Below, piece by piece: positions 52,228 to 63,998 of a stretch of DNA of 64,000 nucleotides. The notes beneath the pieces are model-generated. The model was not told where the DNA came from. It made no database searches and saw only the letters and a list, made by a program, of their open reading frames with translations. Both the position numbers and the translations under genes were made by a program. Origin of the DNA: Ruditapes philippinarum. Taxonomy: Eukaryota. The DNA is taken from contig NW_026863245.1 in assembly GCF_026571515.1 (NCBI RefSeq), positions 1 to 64,000 of the forward strand, read 5' to 3'. Numbering within the stretch: the first letter of the stretch is position 1; every line of letters starts with the position of its first letter.

Positions 52228-55200
52228 GACAGACGGACAGACAGACGACGGAGAAGTGATCCCTATATGTCGCCACTACTCCACCGTAGAGGCGACACAA
52301 AAATACCTAAAATAATAAAAGAAACTTGACTGATTTTGCTTTTTACAGTCTGACCAACACTCTTCTCTTACAAAATTCCCTGACTTTTCCCTGACTTTTG
52401 CTTATTTTTCATATTTCCCTGACCAATTTCAAAATTCCCTGACTTTTCCCTGACCTTGAAAAAAAATCAATTTTCCCTGACTTTTCCCTGACCGTGGGAA
52501 CCCTGTATAAGTGAATGATCAATAAGGCAAAGCAATGTTGACAGATTGCAACCCGCTCTACAAATCCCAGCCACACTAGCAGGGCACCCAGGAGGAACCA
52601 AACTAAAAACTGGAGAGGACACAAAGACTGTGAAAGGAAAAGAGAGACAGCAAGGTCAAAATACACTGATACACAGGCAAGCCTGGCTCTAAACTGGTTC
52701 TTTCCAGTTCCAGCAACATAACAGTTAATGAAAGCTGGCTAAGCTTTTAACTGATCATACAGCGGGTTATTTATGTACACTAATAATTAGAGATAATACT
52801 TACCAACAGTTCCAAATGCTTGGGCTGATGATGCTCCTTGTTTGCTAATAACGTTTAACATGCTAAAAAAATGAACAGGAAAATGTGAATGCATATTTAT
52901 AAACACACATTTTGTAATCTCAATTTCTATATAAACTTAATTCATGGCTGACAGGAATTTAAACATAGGTTTCTCTTAACAAGGTCTTTTAGCTTAATTT
53001 GACATTATGATCGTTGTTTTTTTCATTGTCAAGCTGAGCCGATTTTACTACATTGTATATATCTCAAAAGATTTACCATTGATAATAGTAATTGACCAAA
53101 AGTTCATATTAGAAATTTTTTTGGGATAAAATATAAATCTGCCTAAAATATAAAAAGACTACCCAACTCTTTTTATAAATTGAATGTTACAATTAAAATT
53201 TTGATAGATATTAACAGAAATTTTGTTCACTCACTATATACCCTTGTATTGGCATAATGTATGAGCCAGATTGTATTAAGACATAATTTTACATTCATCT
53301 TTTAACATTACCATTTGGCTTAAAGTTATTGATGTAAAACACTTACTGTGTTCTCTTAACAGAGGCTTGGTACCCCTTCGATGTTTTGATACCTGAGATA
53401 ACACCATTAGCTCCTCCCAGTGCCCCACCTGAATAAAATAATGAGGAATATAATAATAATTAGGTTAACTGAGCAACACCTTGAATCAAAATAAATTAGC
53501 CTTTACTACAAGTACAGAGTACAGAGCCACACCAGCCGGTACATCTGGGTAAACAGCTCTATACTGTTGGCAGACTTTTTTACATTTTCATCTTAAATTA
53601 TCAATAAAATTGAGGGACCAAATATCGTCATTTTAGGGCAGTAACGGGTTAAGACCTACTAATTTAAATAGCAGTTAACCAGTTCTTGCACTAATGTGAC
53701 GACATGTCCATTTAAGAAATTAAGCAATTACGGTGTAGTCATCTACATCCTACATTAAAATTTTTGTTAAGAATTTAATTTCAGAATCAATATACTTTAA
53801 TATTATTTTACTTCATTGTCATACATGCAGCTGAATGTTTTTTTTTGTATGTGTATACACATAACATTTCAAATGACAGCGCACTCCTCAGATTTTAAAC
53901 AGAACAAATATTTTAAGTTAACAAGAGGGCCATGATGGCCCTGAGGTCGCTCACCTGTATATAGGCCCCCAACCACCCCCCCCCCCCCAACGTTGCAGGG
54001 CCAATTTAACCCAAGGGCTTTTATTTGCACAAACTTGGTAGACACCCATAAGAAGATGTTTCATGCTAAACATCTAAGCTCTAGCTCATTGGGCTTTTTA
54101 AAAATACACATATAGTTAAAAATAATGACACCCCTGGGCCGGGTCAGTTTTGACCCCAGGGCTTTTATTTGAACAAACTTGGTAGACACCCATTAGAACA
54201 TGTTTCATGCTAAATATCTAAACTCTAGCTATTTGTGTTTTTTCAAAGAAGATTTTTTAAGTTTTTACTACATGCATATAGGGAAAATCAATGACCCCCT
54301 GGGGCGGGGCCAATTTTGACCCAAGGGCTTTTATTTGAACAAAATTGGTAGACACTCACTAGAAGATGTTTCATGCTTAATATCTAAACTCTAGCTATTT
54401 GGTTTTTTTCAAAGAAGATTTTTTAAGTTTTTACTATATGCATATAGGGAAAATCAATGACCCCCTGGGGCGGGGCCAATTTTGACCCCAGGGCTTTTAT
54501 TTGAACAAACTTGGTAGACACTCATTAGAAGATGTTTCATGCTTAATATCTTAGCTCTAGCTCTTTGGGTTCTTTAAAAGAAGATTTTTTAAAGTTTTTA
54601 CTATATGCATATAGGGAAAATCAAAGACCCCCTGGGGCGGGCAAATTTTGACCCCTGGGCTTTTATTTGAACAAACTTGGTAGACACTCACTAGAAAATG
54701 TTTCATGCTAAATATCTAAACTCTAGCATTTGGGTTTTTTCAAAGAAGATTTTTTAAGTTTTTACTACATACATATAGGGAAAATCAATGACCCCCTGGG
54801 GCGGGGCCAATTTTGACCCAAGGGCTTTTATTTGAACAAAATTGGTAGACACTCACTAGAAGATGTTTCATGCTTAATATCTAAACTCTAGCTATTTGGT
54901 TTTTTTCAAAGAAGATTTTTTAAGTTTTTACTATATGCATATAGGGAAAATCAATGACCCCCTGGGGCTGGGCCAATTTTGACCCCAGGGCTTTTATTTG
55001 AACAAACTTGGTAGACACTCATTAGAAGATGTTTCATGCTTAATATCTTAGCTCTAGCTCTTTGGGTTCTTTAAAAGAAGATTTTTTAAAGTTTTTACTA
55101 TATGCATATAGGGAAAATCAAAGACCCCCTGGGGCGGGCAAATTTTGACCCCTGGGCTTTTATTTGAACAAACTTGGTAGACACTCACTAGAAAATGTTT

Positions 55201-58200
55201 CATGCTAAATATCTTAACTCTTACTCTTTTGGTTCTTTAAAAGAAGATTTTTTAAGTTTTTACTATATGCATATAGGGAAAATCAATGACCCCCTGGGGC
55301 GGGGCCAATTTTGACCCCAAGGCTTTTATTTGAACAAACTTGGTAGACACCTATTAGAACATGTTTGATGCTCAATATCTTAGCCATAGCTATTTGAGTT
55401 CTTTAAAAGAAGATTTTTTAAGTTTTTACTATATGCATATAGGGAAAATCAAAGACCCCCCGGGGCGGGGCCAATTTTGACCCCAGGGCTTTTATTTGAA
55501 CAAACTTGGTAGACACCCATTAGAACATGTTTCATGCTAAATATCTTAGCTCTAGCTCTTTGGGTTCTTTAAAAGAAGATTTTTTAAGTTTTTACTATAT
55601 GCATATAGGGAAAATCAATGACCCCCCGGGGCGGGGCCAATTTTGACCCCAGGGCTTTTATTTGAACAAACTTGGTAGACACTCACTAGAAGATGTTTCA
55701 TGCCAAATATCTAAGCTCTAGCTCTTATGGTTTTTTAAAAGAAGATATTTAAAGTTTTTTCTTTCGGTTGCCATGGCAACCAGAGTTCTGCATGGAATTA
55801 AATTCTTTGAACAATTTTTTAAAGGTGACCACCAAAGGAACATTCCTGTGAAGTTTGGATGAAATTGGCTTAGTGGTTTATAAGGAGATGTCATTTAAAG
55901 TAAAAGTTTACGGACGGACGACGGACGGACGAACGCCGGACGAAAAGCGATCACAAAAGCTCACCCTGTCACTTTGTGACAGGTGAGCTAAAAATAAATC
56001 ACTTGAAGTGATGTTTAAGAAAACTATTATTTTTTTCAACCAAATCCAACTGTGAACAAGGGACCTGAAAGCCAGGGTAGGACAGCTTTACATATAATTT
56101 GTGTAGTCATGTTAGGAATCAAGGTGGAAACGAGGTATTCCTTAAACACTCACCTATAAATACACATCCACCTATCTGAGAGAATGCTTTTTCAAACTTG
56201 CCTCTCTGATGACCTCCAGCTCCTTCAGATAAAATGTAATTTTCATTATCCTGAAACATAAAGTTACATTTACATGTATGTATAATTTAAAATAAAATAA
56301 CTTTTATATATTTTTCAGGGTAAAAATTTATTAGACAAAAAGAGAGCAGCATTAGAGATAGCGTGCGTATCGGCGTCATTTACGCAAGCAAATACTCGGG
56401 ATACGCCAGCTTCGTCATCATTTTGGCGTATATCTACGCATGATAATTACAGTTTACGCATTTAGTGAAACAAATTTGGCGTAGGCAATGTTTACATTGA
56501 CACCGATAAAAATGACTGACTGGTTAGCGTACTGTTCTATAAAGGTGTGTTATTTTCTCAGCCTGGGTTTATAATTGCAAACCAGTCGACTTTGTATCAC
56601 TGAGACGCTCGGTAATAGATGTACATAAGATAAATCAAGCGTCTGTCACGTTATTGAAGTAGACGAAAAAATATTGTCAATTTTATCAAATTATCAAGTT
56701 GTATACATTGATGATATCTTGTTCGAAACCCAAACAACGAAATCCGTGTAACAAGCCCAGTGTCTTCTCAGTGTGTAATTCAGTCAATTTTTGAAAAAAA
56801 TTTGACTATTGTTTGCAAGAGCGAAAAAAACTCATACGACAGCATTAGAATTTAGATGCTACAAGTAAAGGTTTCCCGTGGCTGTCTGTAACGTCAGATA
56901 CGACAGATGTAGTGCATTTGAAATGTGCCTTGTGTTGTAACAACTAAATGGGTGGAAAATGGGCCACAGAACGGGTTCTCAACATCCAAAAGTCTAACAT
57001 TGAACAGTAAAAAATTAATTAATTGCAACCTTTTATTGTGTACCTAGCTCCTATTTTTTAAAGAAAAAAATACAATGAAACTAAGTTATGCATCACACCT
57101 TATTTTATTTCATTTATATGTAAGATAATTTACTGTCCTTTAAATTTAAAATTAACAGTCATCTCAACATGTAATTTGGTACATAAATGGTTGATAATAT
57201 TAGCCCACAAGCTAAAAGAATTCAGTGTGGGTCACAACTGTTTGCATGTATACATTTAGTTAATTTCACATAAAAAGGTTCAAGTTCTTATAATATGCCT
57301 TAAACCTAAATATAAATAATACCTTGCCATGCTGCAATATTTCTGATAAATTATAAAACTGAGAGGAGTTTTTGATTTTTTGTCAGGCTGTACTGTATAA
57401 AAATATAATGTATCATTATTTGCGGCAAATTGACTCCCAAGTTCTTAAAACTGAGAGTCAATTTTACTCCTTCATTTGGCTAGAAACTGGCAGTTTACTC
57501 TGAAGTATAAAAAACAGAGAGTATTGACTCTTGAGTAAAAATAATTATCTAGAACACTGAGAGAGTTTGAAACAGTATACAATAATCATGCGCTGCAATC
57601 ATTGCTACAAGGTAGGCTAGTCAACACCAACCCTTCAATTCTACCCGTAATTCAATACCACACTGGTTTTCTAAAGTCCACAATGATTCACCTTGTCCCA
57701 AATCAAACTTAAAAGTAAATCTGGCAATATGTCTTCAGTTATTTACTTATTTTCAAATTAAGAAAATAATGCTTATACAATGTAACATTTAACACATATA
57801 TTTGAACCAGCATTACTCGAAATTAATGTAAACAAATAACTTTTTAGCTAAGTCACATCATCTGTGCAGGAAGACTAAGTAATTGAGACCAGTTTGATCT
57901 TCAGGCAGGTTAAATATCATTTATACATGTAGAAATTAATCAGTCCTAGTTTTAAATTGATGCCTTTTCTAACTTTAGTATATGAAATCTCTAAAGTTAA
58001 TGAATATGGTAAATATTACACTTACTTGAACTATTCTTGGATCTAAGTTCATGTAAGGTGAGAGAGCTGCTGTCCCTTTCACTAAAATACAAATACAAAG
58101 AAACATGATTTTAATTTGTCAAACAAGAGCGGATTGTACCGGGTTATGCTCCCGGAAAATGCTTTTAGACACAGAGAAACTACTTCTTGTTGATATCTCT

Positions 58201-59227
58201 TATAGTTTCAGAGTTATGTCCCGGACAGTTCAGTGTAAAGGTGAAAAGGGCAATAACTCTAATATTAGGCAAGGCAGAGTTACAGTTTTTATGCACTGCA
58301 CTTCTTCTTAACAAAATATATTTAATAATACATAAACTATATAATATTTATATACAAAGTTTCTTCTTGATACCAGTTATGTCCCAAAGGTTCAGAGTTT
58401 AAAATGAACAAGGCAATAACTCCAAAATTAGGTAACAAAGAGTTATGGTTCTTTCGCACTGCACTTCTACCCACTACCCAATGAGATATATTAACCTACA
58501 AAGTTGTTGAAACCTCTGGTAGTTTCAGAGTTATATTCCTGAAGAAAATCCGGACAATGCGACGTCCATAACAGTTTATAATTATGCTCTCCCTTCGGGC
58601 AGCATAATAAGAAAAGAATCAATTTATCACATAAAGATAATTAAACCCGGCGCAGGAGTATAATAAATAGAGGATATTGAATGACTGTAAGTTTAATCCT
58701 GAATTTATTGAAAGAGTTGAATAAAATTATATTATGCGAGTCTCGGGGAGCATATTATTATTTTATTTAAATAGTTCAAAACATTCAGTAATGAACTTAT
58801 ACAAATTTGATATTCTATTTATTATAAATATACATTTTATTTGGATTTTAAAGGCGTTTTGAGCTCCACACCCCAAGTGTCTCACAGTCTGTGTGGGTAA
58901 GCAGGGAAAGGGAGGGGGGTAGTAGTAACCAATCAACGCGCCGAACACCTGTGGTAGGATGCATGATTGTGGGATGTAACATCTTCATATAAATCTTAAC
59001 AAAATTAATTAAATATACAAAATATATTATATATCTACCCAAACCATATAAATTTTCTAATTACCCCACCCATTCTGAAATTCATGGCGAAGGACAAATT
59101 GATTTTTCTTAAAAACGTAAGAATCATTCCCATTTGTATGAGTTAAATATAAAACCTTTATACCTGGAATATTTAGATCTGGATCACTGGACCCGAAAAA
59201 ACCACCAAAGCCTTTATTTTCTGTCAT
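43250..59227 (-). CDS. TIMM23: Mitochondrial import inner membrane translocase subunit Tim23; 7 coding exons, last two in low-quality sequence (3' end approximate)
   Basis: Exons 59227-59164, 58081-58026, 56250-56154, 53428-53347, 52862-52804 splice in frame to MTENKGFGGFFGSSDPDLNIPVKGTAALSPYMNLDPRIVQDNENYILSEGAGGHQRGKFEKAFSQIGGCVFIGGALGGANGVISGIKTSKGYQASVKRTHMLNVISKQGASSAQAFGTV. This matches Tim23 motifs (LSPYLNxDP, RGRFELAF.xIGG, LNxxxxQGA). Degraded exon ~43995-43843 ends in a TTG..YKCTG-like stretch; the last exon from 43362 reads GGLKG..KGGAVGLGISLLYCL. Confidence 0.92.
44095..49127. mobile_element. ~5-kb element with ~640-bp terminal inverted repeats in TIMM23 intron 5
   Basis: 44095-44735 is the reverse complement of 46925-47006 + 48597-49127 (e.g. 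gagataaggcgcagagtacccgtaattatatcag / ctgatataattacgggtactctgcgccttatctc). No transposase ORF inside. Confidence 0.8.
47006..48597 (+). mobile_element. Helentron/HINE-type element with ~8 x 166-bp satellite units, nested in the right TIR of the 5-kb element
   Basis: 5' acaagagggccatgatggccctgaggtcgctcacctg; ~166-bp units; (gacg)n; 3' hairpin gctcacctgcactttgtgcaaggtgagc. The host TIR resumes on both sides. Confidence 0.85.
49659..49855 (-). mobile_element. tRNA-derived SINE with 11-bp TSD
   Basis: Minus strand: A box TGGCCTAGTGG, B box GGTTCGAGCCC, tRNA-unrelated body and AT-rich tail. Flanked by taagttttagt at 49648-49658 and 49856-49866. Confidence 0.8.
50560..51196 (+). repeat. Decayed copy of the 166-bp satellite element family
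   Basis: Degenerate gaaaatcaatga..ccaattttgacc..ttggtagag units and the ttgccatgacaacca terminal module shared with 47006-48597. Confidence 0.65.
51325..52300 (+). mobile_element. Helentron/HINE-type element with alternating (dimeric, 333-bp period) tandem units
   Basis: 5' aacaagagc...tgtgtcgcctc; aaagggccataactc at ~51551, 51706, 51884, 52039; (gaca/gacg)n at 52180-52250; 3' hairpin tgtcgcc..ctac..gtag.aggcgaca. Confidence 0.75.
53920..55992 (+). mobile_element. Helentron/HINE-type element with ~11 x 166-bp satellite units (TIMM23 intron 3)
   Basis: Same 5' end and unit as 47006-48597; (ggac)n; 3' hairpin gctcaccctgtcactttgtgacaggtgagc. Confidence 0.85.
58122..58610 (+). mobile_element. 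Degenerate Helentron/HINE-type element (TIMM23 intron 1)
   Basis: 5' aacaagagc...ttatgctccc; 2-3 decayed units (ggcaataactc...cactgcacttct); 3' hairpin attatgctctcccttcgggcagcataat. Confidence 0.55.
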
Positions 59228-59335
59228 AATTATGGACTTATGCAATAACACAGAACATGCACAATTTTTGGGATGTTCTTGTTTAATAAGACATATGAAG
59301 AATATGTTCAGTTTTAATAGAGGTAGGTTGAGTAC

Positions 59336-60390
59336 AGGTTTGCCTAAAATACGAAAGTGAGATTTTTGACGAAAGTGAGCGAAAGTGAGCGAAAGTGACT
59401 TTTAGAATTTGAATTGTACTGTTTTAATAGAATTTTACAGTAAAATTGCTGTTTGCATACGTATATTATTAGCAACTTATTATATGTATTATAATAAATA
59501 ACCATAATCATGATTTAATCGCCATTTATTGGCATAATTTCTATATACAAGTTCAGCACTCTTCCTTTCACTTGCATATAAAAATACGAAAGTGACTTGT
59601 AAAGTATTAAATATAGAGTTTAAATTGAAAATGTACTATATCTGCAGTTTGTAAACGTGTATTATAAGAAATTACTATTATTTGTTTTCTAAATTAATCA
59701 TTATGATGATTTAAAGTTTTATACCCCATTTTTTTGCATAATTTCTATAAATACACATCAGCGATCTTCCTTTCGCTTAAACTGAAACATACGAAAGTGA
59801 CTTGTAAAATATCAAATATAGAGTTTGAATTGAAAAACGTACTTAAATTGCAGTTTGTAAACATATAACATCAGAAATAAATAATTTGATATTCAACACT
59901 ATATTTCAATTAAACACTATATTTTAGAAGTCACTTTCGTATTTTCTATGTGAGCGAAAGGAAGATTGCTGAACTTGTATATTGAAATTATGTCAAATAA
60001 ATGGTGATTAAAGATCATAATGATTATTTTTTAAAATAATAATTATAGATTTCTGATAATATACGTCTGCAAACTGCAATTTTAGTATAAATTTCAATTC
60101 CATATTTAATAATTTACAAGTCACTTTCGTATTTTTCAAAGTGAGCGAAAGGAAGATCTCAGAACTTGTGTATAGAAATTATGCAAATAAATGGCATGTA
60201 AATCATCATAGACTATATTAGTGATTATTTTTTAAAAGAAATATTATTAGTTGCTAATAATATACGTCCACAAACAGAAAATTCACTGTGAAATTCTATT
60301 AAAACGGTACAATTCAAATTTTAAAAGTCACTTTCGCTCACTTTCGCTCACTTTCGTCAAAAATCTCACTTTCGTATTTTAGGCATACCG
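59336..60390. mobile_element. 1055-bp foldback (Mutator-like) element with 9-bp TSD immediately upstream of TIMM23
   Basis: gttgagtac|aggtttgcctaaaatacgaaagtgagatttttgacgaaagtgagcgaaagtgagcgaaagtgac ... gtcactttcgctcactttcgctcactttcgtcaaaaatctcactttcgtattttaggcataccg|gttgagtac; arms built from ~190-205-bp subrepeats. Confidence 0.88.
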
Positions 60391-60789
60391 GTTGAGTACC
60401 GCTATTTTGGATAATGATTCAAGATATTACTAAACTATTTAGTTGTTTTGCCATTAGTAGAGGACATTATATAAATTATGCAGATTGTGTTGTTGTTATT
60501 TAAGTTTGTTTGCTGTTGTTTTTTCTTCAAAAATAATATTAATGAAATGTTTTTATCGAATGAAGTCTTCTTATACATGTATGTGATATTAATTGTTGAA
60601 ATTGATCTACAGGTATATTTTTTGCGATGTCGCATCACGGATTAATATAAATCCGTGGTCGCATTTATGCGTAAAAATTTTCAAATAAAAGTACGAATTA
60701 ATTGATTTTATTTTCTGTCATTTAAACATATTTTCATTGAATTGTTTTCAGTTTTTTTCTACTGTTCTTAAATTATTCTTTGTAATTGT

Positions 60790-62260
60790 GTTTTTATTTG
60801 TTTGGGTCGTCCCAGACCAAACAAATAATGGTAGCGAAATTTCAGAGTCTAATGCTGTTAATTGCAAATGCCGAAAGTAGTCCACCTTTTTGAAGCGGTT
60901 ACTTCCCTTTATATGTACACTAACTCCGAAAAATTCAGGGGAGATCACTGCGTAAAGATGGTCAAAGACAGGCACATTAATTTTCAAGCAAAATAATTCC
61001 CGAATGGTCGAAGATTTCTAATATTGTTTTATTGTATTTTCTGATCAAAAATAAGTAAAGACAAAGCGGACATTCAATCTCTGACACAGAAGTTTACGAC
61101 GAACCTAACAACAAGTAGTTCTTAAAACAGCTTAAAACTAGCGATTTAAAAGAAAGAAATATTTTTATTTTGTTACAAGTATCCAACAAATTACAACGCA
61201 TTCAAAGTTTAAAAATAGCGTTGGCTTATAGAATTGTCAATAAATGCACAATCACAAATTACGCAGATGAATATGATTTTATCAATGAAAATACTATTTT
61301 TAGCGATACTACACAGACCGAGTAGTGGAATATATCGATTCTACATGTCGGACTGTTTGGGCGAGAAGATTTTCGCTAAATTAACTACTTCAATTTTAAA
61401 TAACAGGTTTATCCTGAACAAAATACCTCGAAATTAATAAGGATTACAAACCCGAAATGCAATATGGAAGTTCTAAAATTAGAATGACTTGATGTTATTC
61501 AATTGTCGTTTGTATAACTTCTCCGTAGTGCAGTGGTAACGCGCTCGCTTCGTGAGTGAGAGGTCTGGAGTTCAAATCCCAGTCGAGGAAAACTTTTTTT
61601 TTAATTCTTTTTTAAGTGTCTTTGTTAAGGAAGTAGCCATGATATACAAGGATAAAGTGTAGCTGTCGTAAAAAATGAACATAAATGATATTTTGATGCA
61701 ACTCTAGTTATGCAGAATTCCGTATGCATCAAACTCTGGTGCCTTGCAAAATGAATTATAATACATAAAAATAAACTTATACAGGAAAATACATACATAT
61801 ATACAGTACGATTTAGATTGCAAAGATCAGAAAATACCACAGAACTTGCAGCCCTTCGATTCTTTATAAATATACATGCTTACAGTAAGCTCCAGGATTA
61901 TTTACATCTGTGTTAAACAACAGTTAAAGTCGTTACAAACCCTAATTTAGAATAATATGGTTTTCTTCAGGCCGTTCACATATAAATTCACCGTTGCTGA
62001 AGGGTTTTCGCGCTCGCTTAGGAAGCGAGAGGTCTGGAGTTCAAATACCAGTAAAGGCAACTCATTTTTTTTTTTCAAATTGTTTAAGTCAAATAAACAT
62101 TGGATTGAATATCAGTGTTGCAATTAGTCTTATAGCCAATTTACTACAATTGAAACGCTGGAAAGCATTGGTGGAACTATACATATAATGTCACAACCTG
62201 TACCTTTCTTTCATTTTAAGACCCAAAGAAATTCAGCGCCTTCTGTGCTTTGATTATATT
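60790..62260 (+). repeat. Dispersed repeat homologous to the interior (45870-46550) of the 5-kb TIR element, with two tRNA-like modules
   Basis: Shared blocks tttgggtcgtc..agaccaaacaaataatggtagcgaaatttcag, atcagtgttgcaat and aattcagcgccttctgtg; tRNA-like stretches at ~61520-61590 and ~61990-62060. Confidence 0.7.
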
Positions 62261-63610
62261 TATGATGTTAATTATAATTAGTAATCATTTGGAAAGTTTG
62301 GATCTCTTTTTACAGTACAGTGTATCCAATTTGGGATATGTTGGGACATACAATGTATATTGCCCTTTTTTTTAAAAGACCCTGTGTTTTTTCCTCTTTT
62401 CAAACTCTGACGAAGGCCAGAATCTTATATTAACACTGATATTGATTTTAAACCAGTTTTTTATGATAAGATTAGAAAATTCCACTTCAAAGACGATAAT
62501 GACAATAATATTTAACATGCGTTTATGCCATTATGATTATTTTGTACATTTGATTATACAAAAATTATATATATTAATTCTATAAATTTTATTTTAAGGG
62601 GTATTATTTTAGACTTATAGTTAAATACTGGTTAATAAAAATATGATTACAATAAATAAAAAAAAATAATTTTAGGCTTTAACATGATATCACCTAAAGT
62701 GTTAAAACTCCTGATTTTAAAATTTACTTATTTATATTCATGAATAGGGCATATATTCCGAAAGTTTTTTTTTCTTACAGCAGCTTAACAATGGATGCCC
62801 CTGTCACTTGATATGCAATTATTCAATAAACCATTTAGGTGTCACCTTCCCTGGCCAGCCTGGTCATATGGTCTAGTGCATTAGAAGTGCACACGGTGTG
62901 CACTTCTAGTTCAGCTCTAGTGCACTAGAGGTGCACAAGGGTGGGAAGTTTAGTGTGAACTCAACTGTATAAACATTGTGAAAATGTTTAATTCGGAATA
63001 AACTTTCTTGCATAGCAGACTGGCGTTTCTGTGAGTTTTACCACGGATATATATTTTTTAATATAAATCCGTGGTTTTACCCATNNNNNNNNNNNNNNNN
63101 NNNNNNNNNNNNNNNNNNNNNNNNNNNNNNNNNNNNNNNNNNNNNNNNNNNNNNNNNNNNNNNNNNNNNNNNNNNNNNNNNNNNNNNNNNNNNNNNNNNN
63201 NNNNNNNNNNNNNNNNNNNNNNNNNNNNNNNNNNNNNNNNNNNNNNNNNNNNNNNNNNTATACAATAATCGGAACTGTTTCCTTGACTTTATTTACATTC
63301 ATGACTATCTTTCAAACAGTATGGATATTTAATGGTGTTCAACATTCATAAACATTATTTAAAAATTCATTGCATAAATCAAGCACAGCAATTGTAGATC
63401 GCACGTGTTGTTGTAAACAAACGAATATTTCCAAAAGTATTCCTTGAGAAAGGTAATAAAAAGAAACTTTTTCCTGCAAAACTCGTTAGATTATTTAGTA
63501 TATTCCATATTTACTATTTTTGAACTCTGATATCATTGACATTGTTTAATTCTCTGAGGAATTAAGTTCGGACACCGCTATTCTGGATAAATTTATTCTG
63601 GGTAAATTTA

Positions 63611-63864
63611 TACTCAGTTCCTATGATATTTCAGGTTCTATGATATCAGGGTATTTACATTTTCAGTGACTGCTACTCAGTTCCTATGATATCACAGGTT
63701 CTATGATATCAGGGTATTTACATTTTCAGTGACTGCTACTCAGTTCCTATGATATCACAGGTTCTATGATATCAGGGTATTTACATTTTCAGTGACTGCT
63801 ACTCAGTTCCTATGATATCACAGGTTCTATGATATCAGGGTATTTACATTTTCAGTGACTGCTA
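63611..63864. repeat. Minisatellite, 4 x 63 bp
   Basis: tactcagttcctatgatatcacaggttctatgatatcagggtatttacattttcagtgactgc starting at 63611, 63674, 63737, 63800. Confidence 0.95.
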
Positions 63865-63952
63865 GTAAAAGCATATACATATATTCTTAGCTTAGAAACA
63901 TTTCTTTAGACTAAAGTTACTGTAATCAGTGGTAATAGTAAATACGATTACT

Positions 63953-63998
63953 GGAGGTTACGTACCACGGAGGATACGTACCAGGAGGTTACGTACCA
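63953..63998. repeat. Short ~15-17-bp tandem repeat
   Basis: ggaggttacgtacca x3 (one variant) at the window end. Confidence 0.7.

Larger units (their letters stand above)
49882..52505. mobile_element. hAT-like non-autonomous element with apparent 5-bp TSD, containing nested satellite elements
   Basis: tataa|cagggttcccac ... gtgggaaccctg|tataa; clustered subterminal ttttccctgac repeats at both ends. Confidence 0.75.

Noticed and set aside
61520-61590. tRNA gene (apparent CGT anticodon loop); also 46255-46325, 61990-62060 and 49780-49850
   Set aside because: Acceptor and T stems are imperfect, anticodon loops differ among homologous copies, and all are embedded in dispersed repeats or a SINE.
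63611-63864. Regularly spaced repeats resembling a CRISPR array or a coding repeat (63 bp = 21 codons)
   Set aside because: Units are contiguous and nearly identical with no unique spacers, there are no cas genes, the context is eukaryotic, and all six frames of the unit contain stops.
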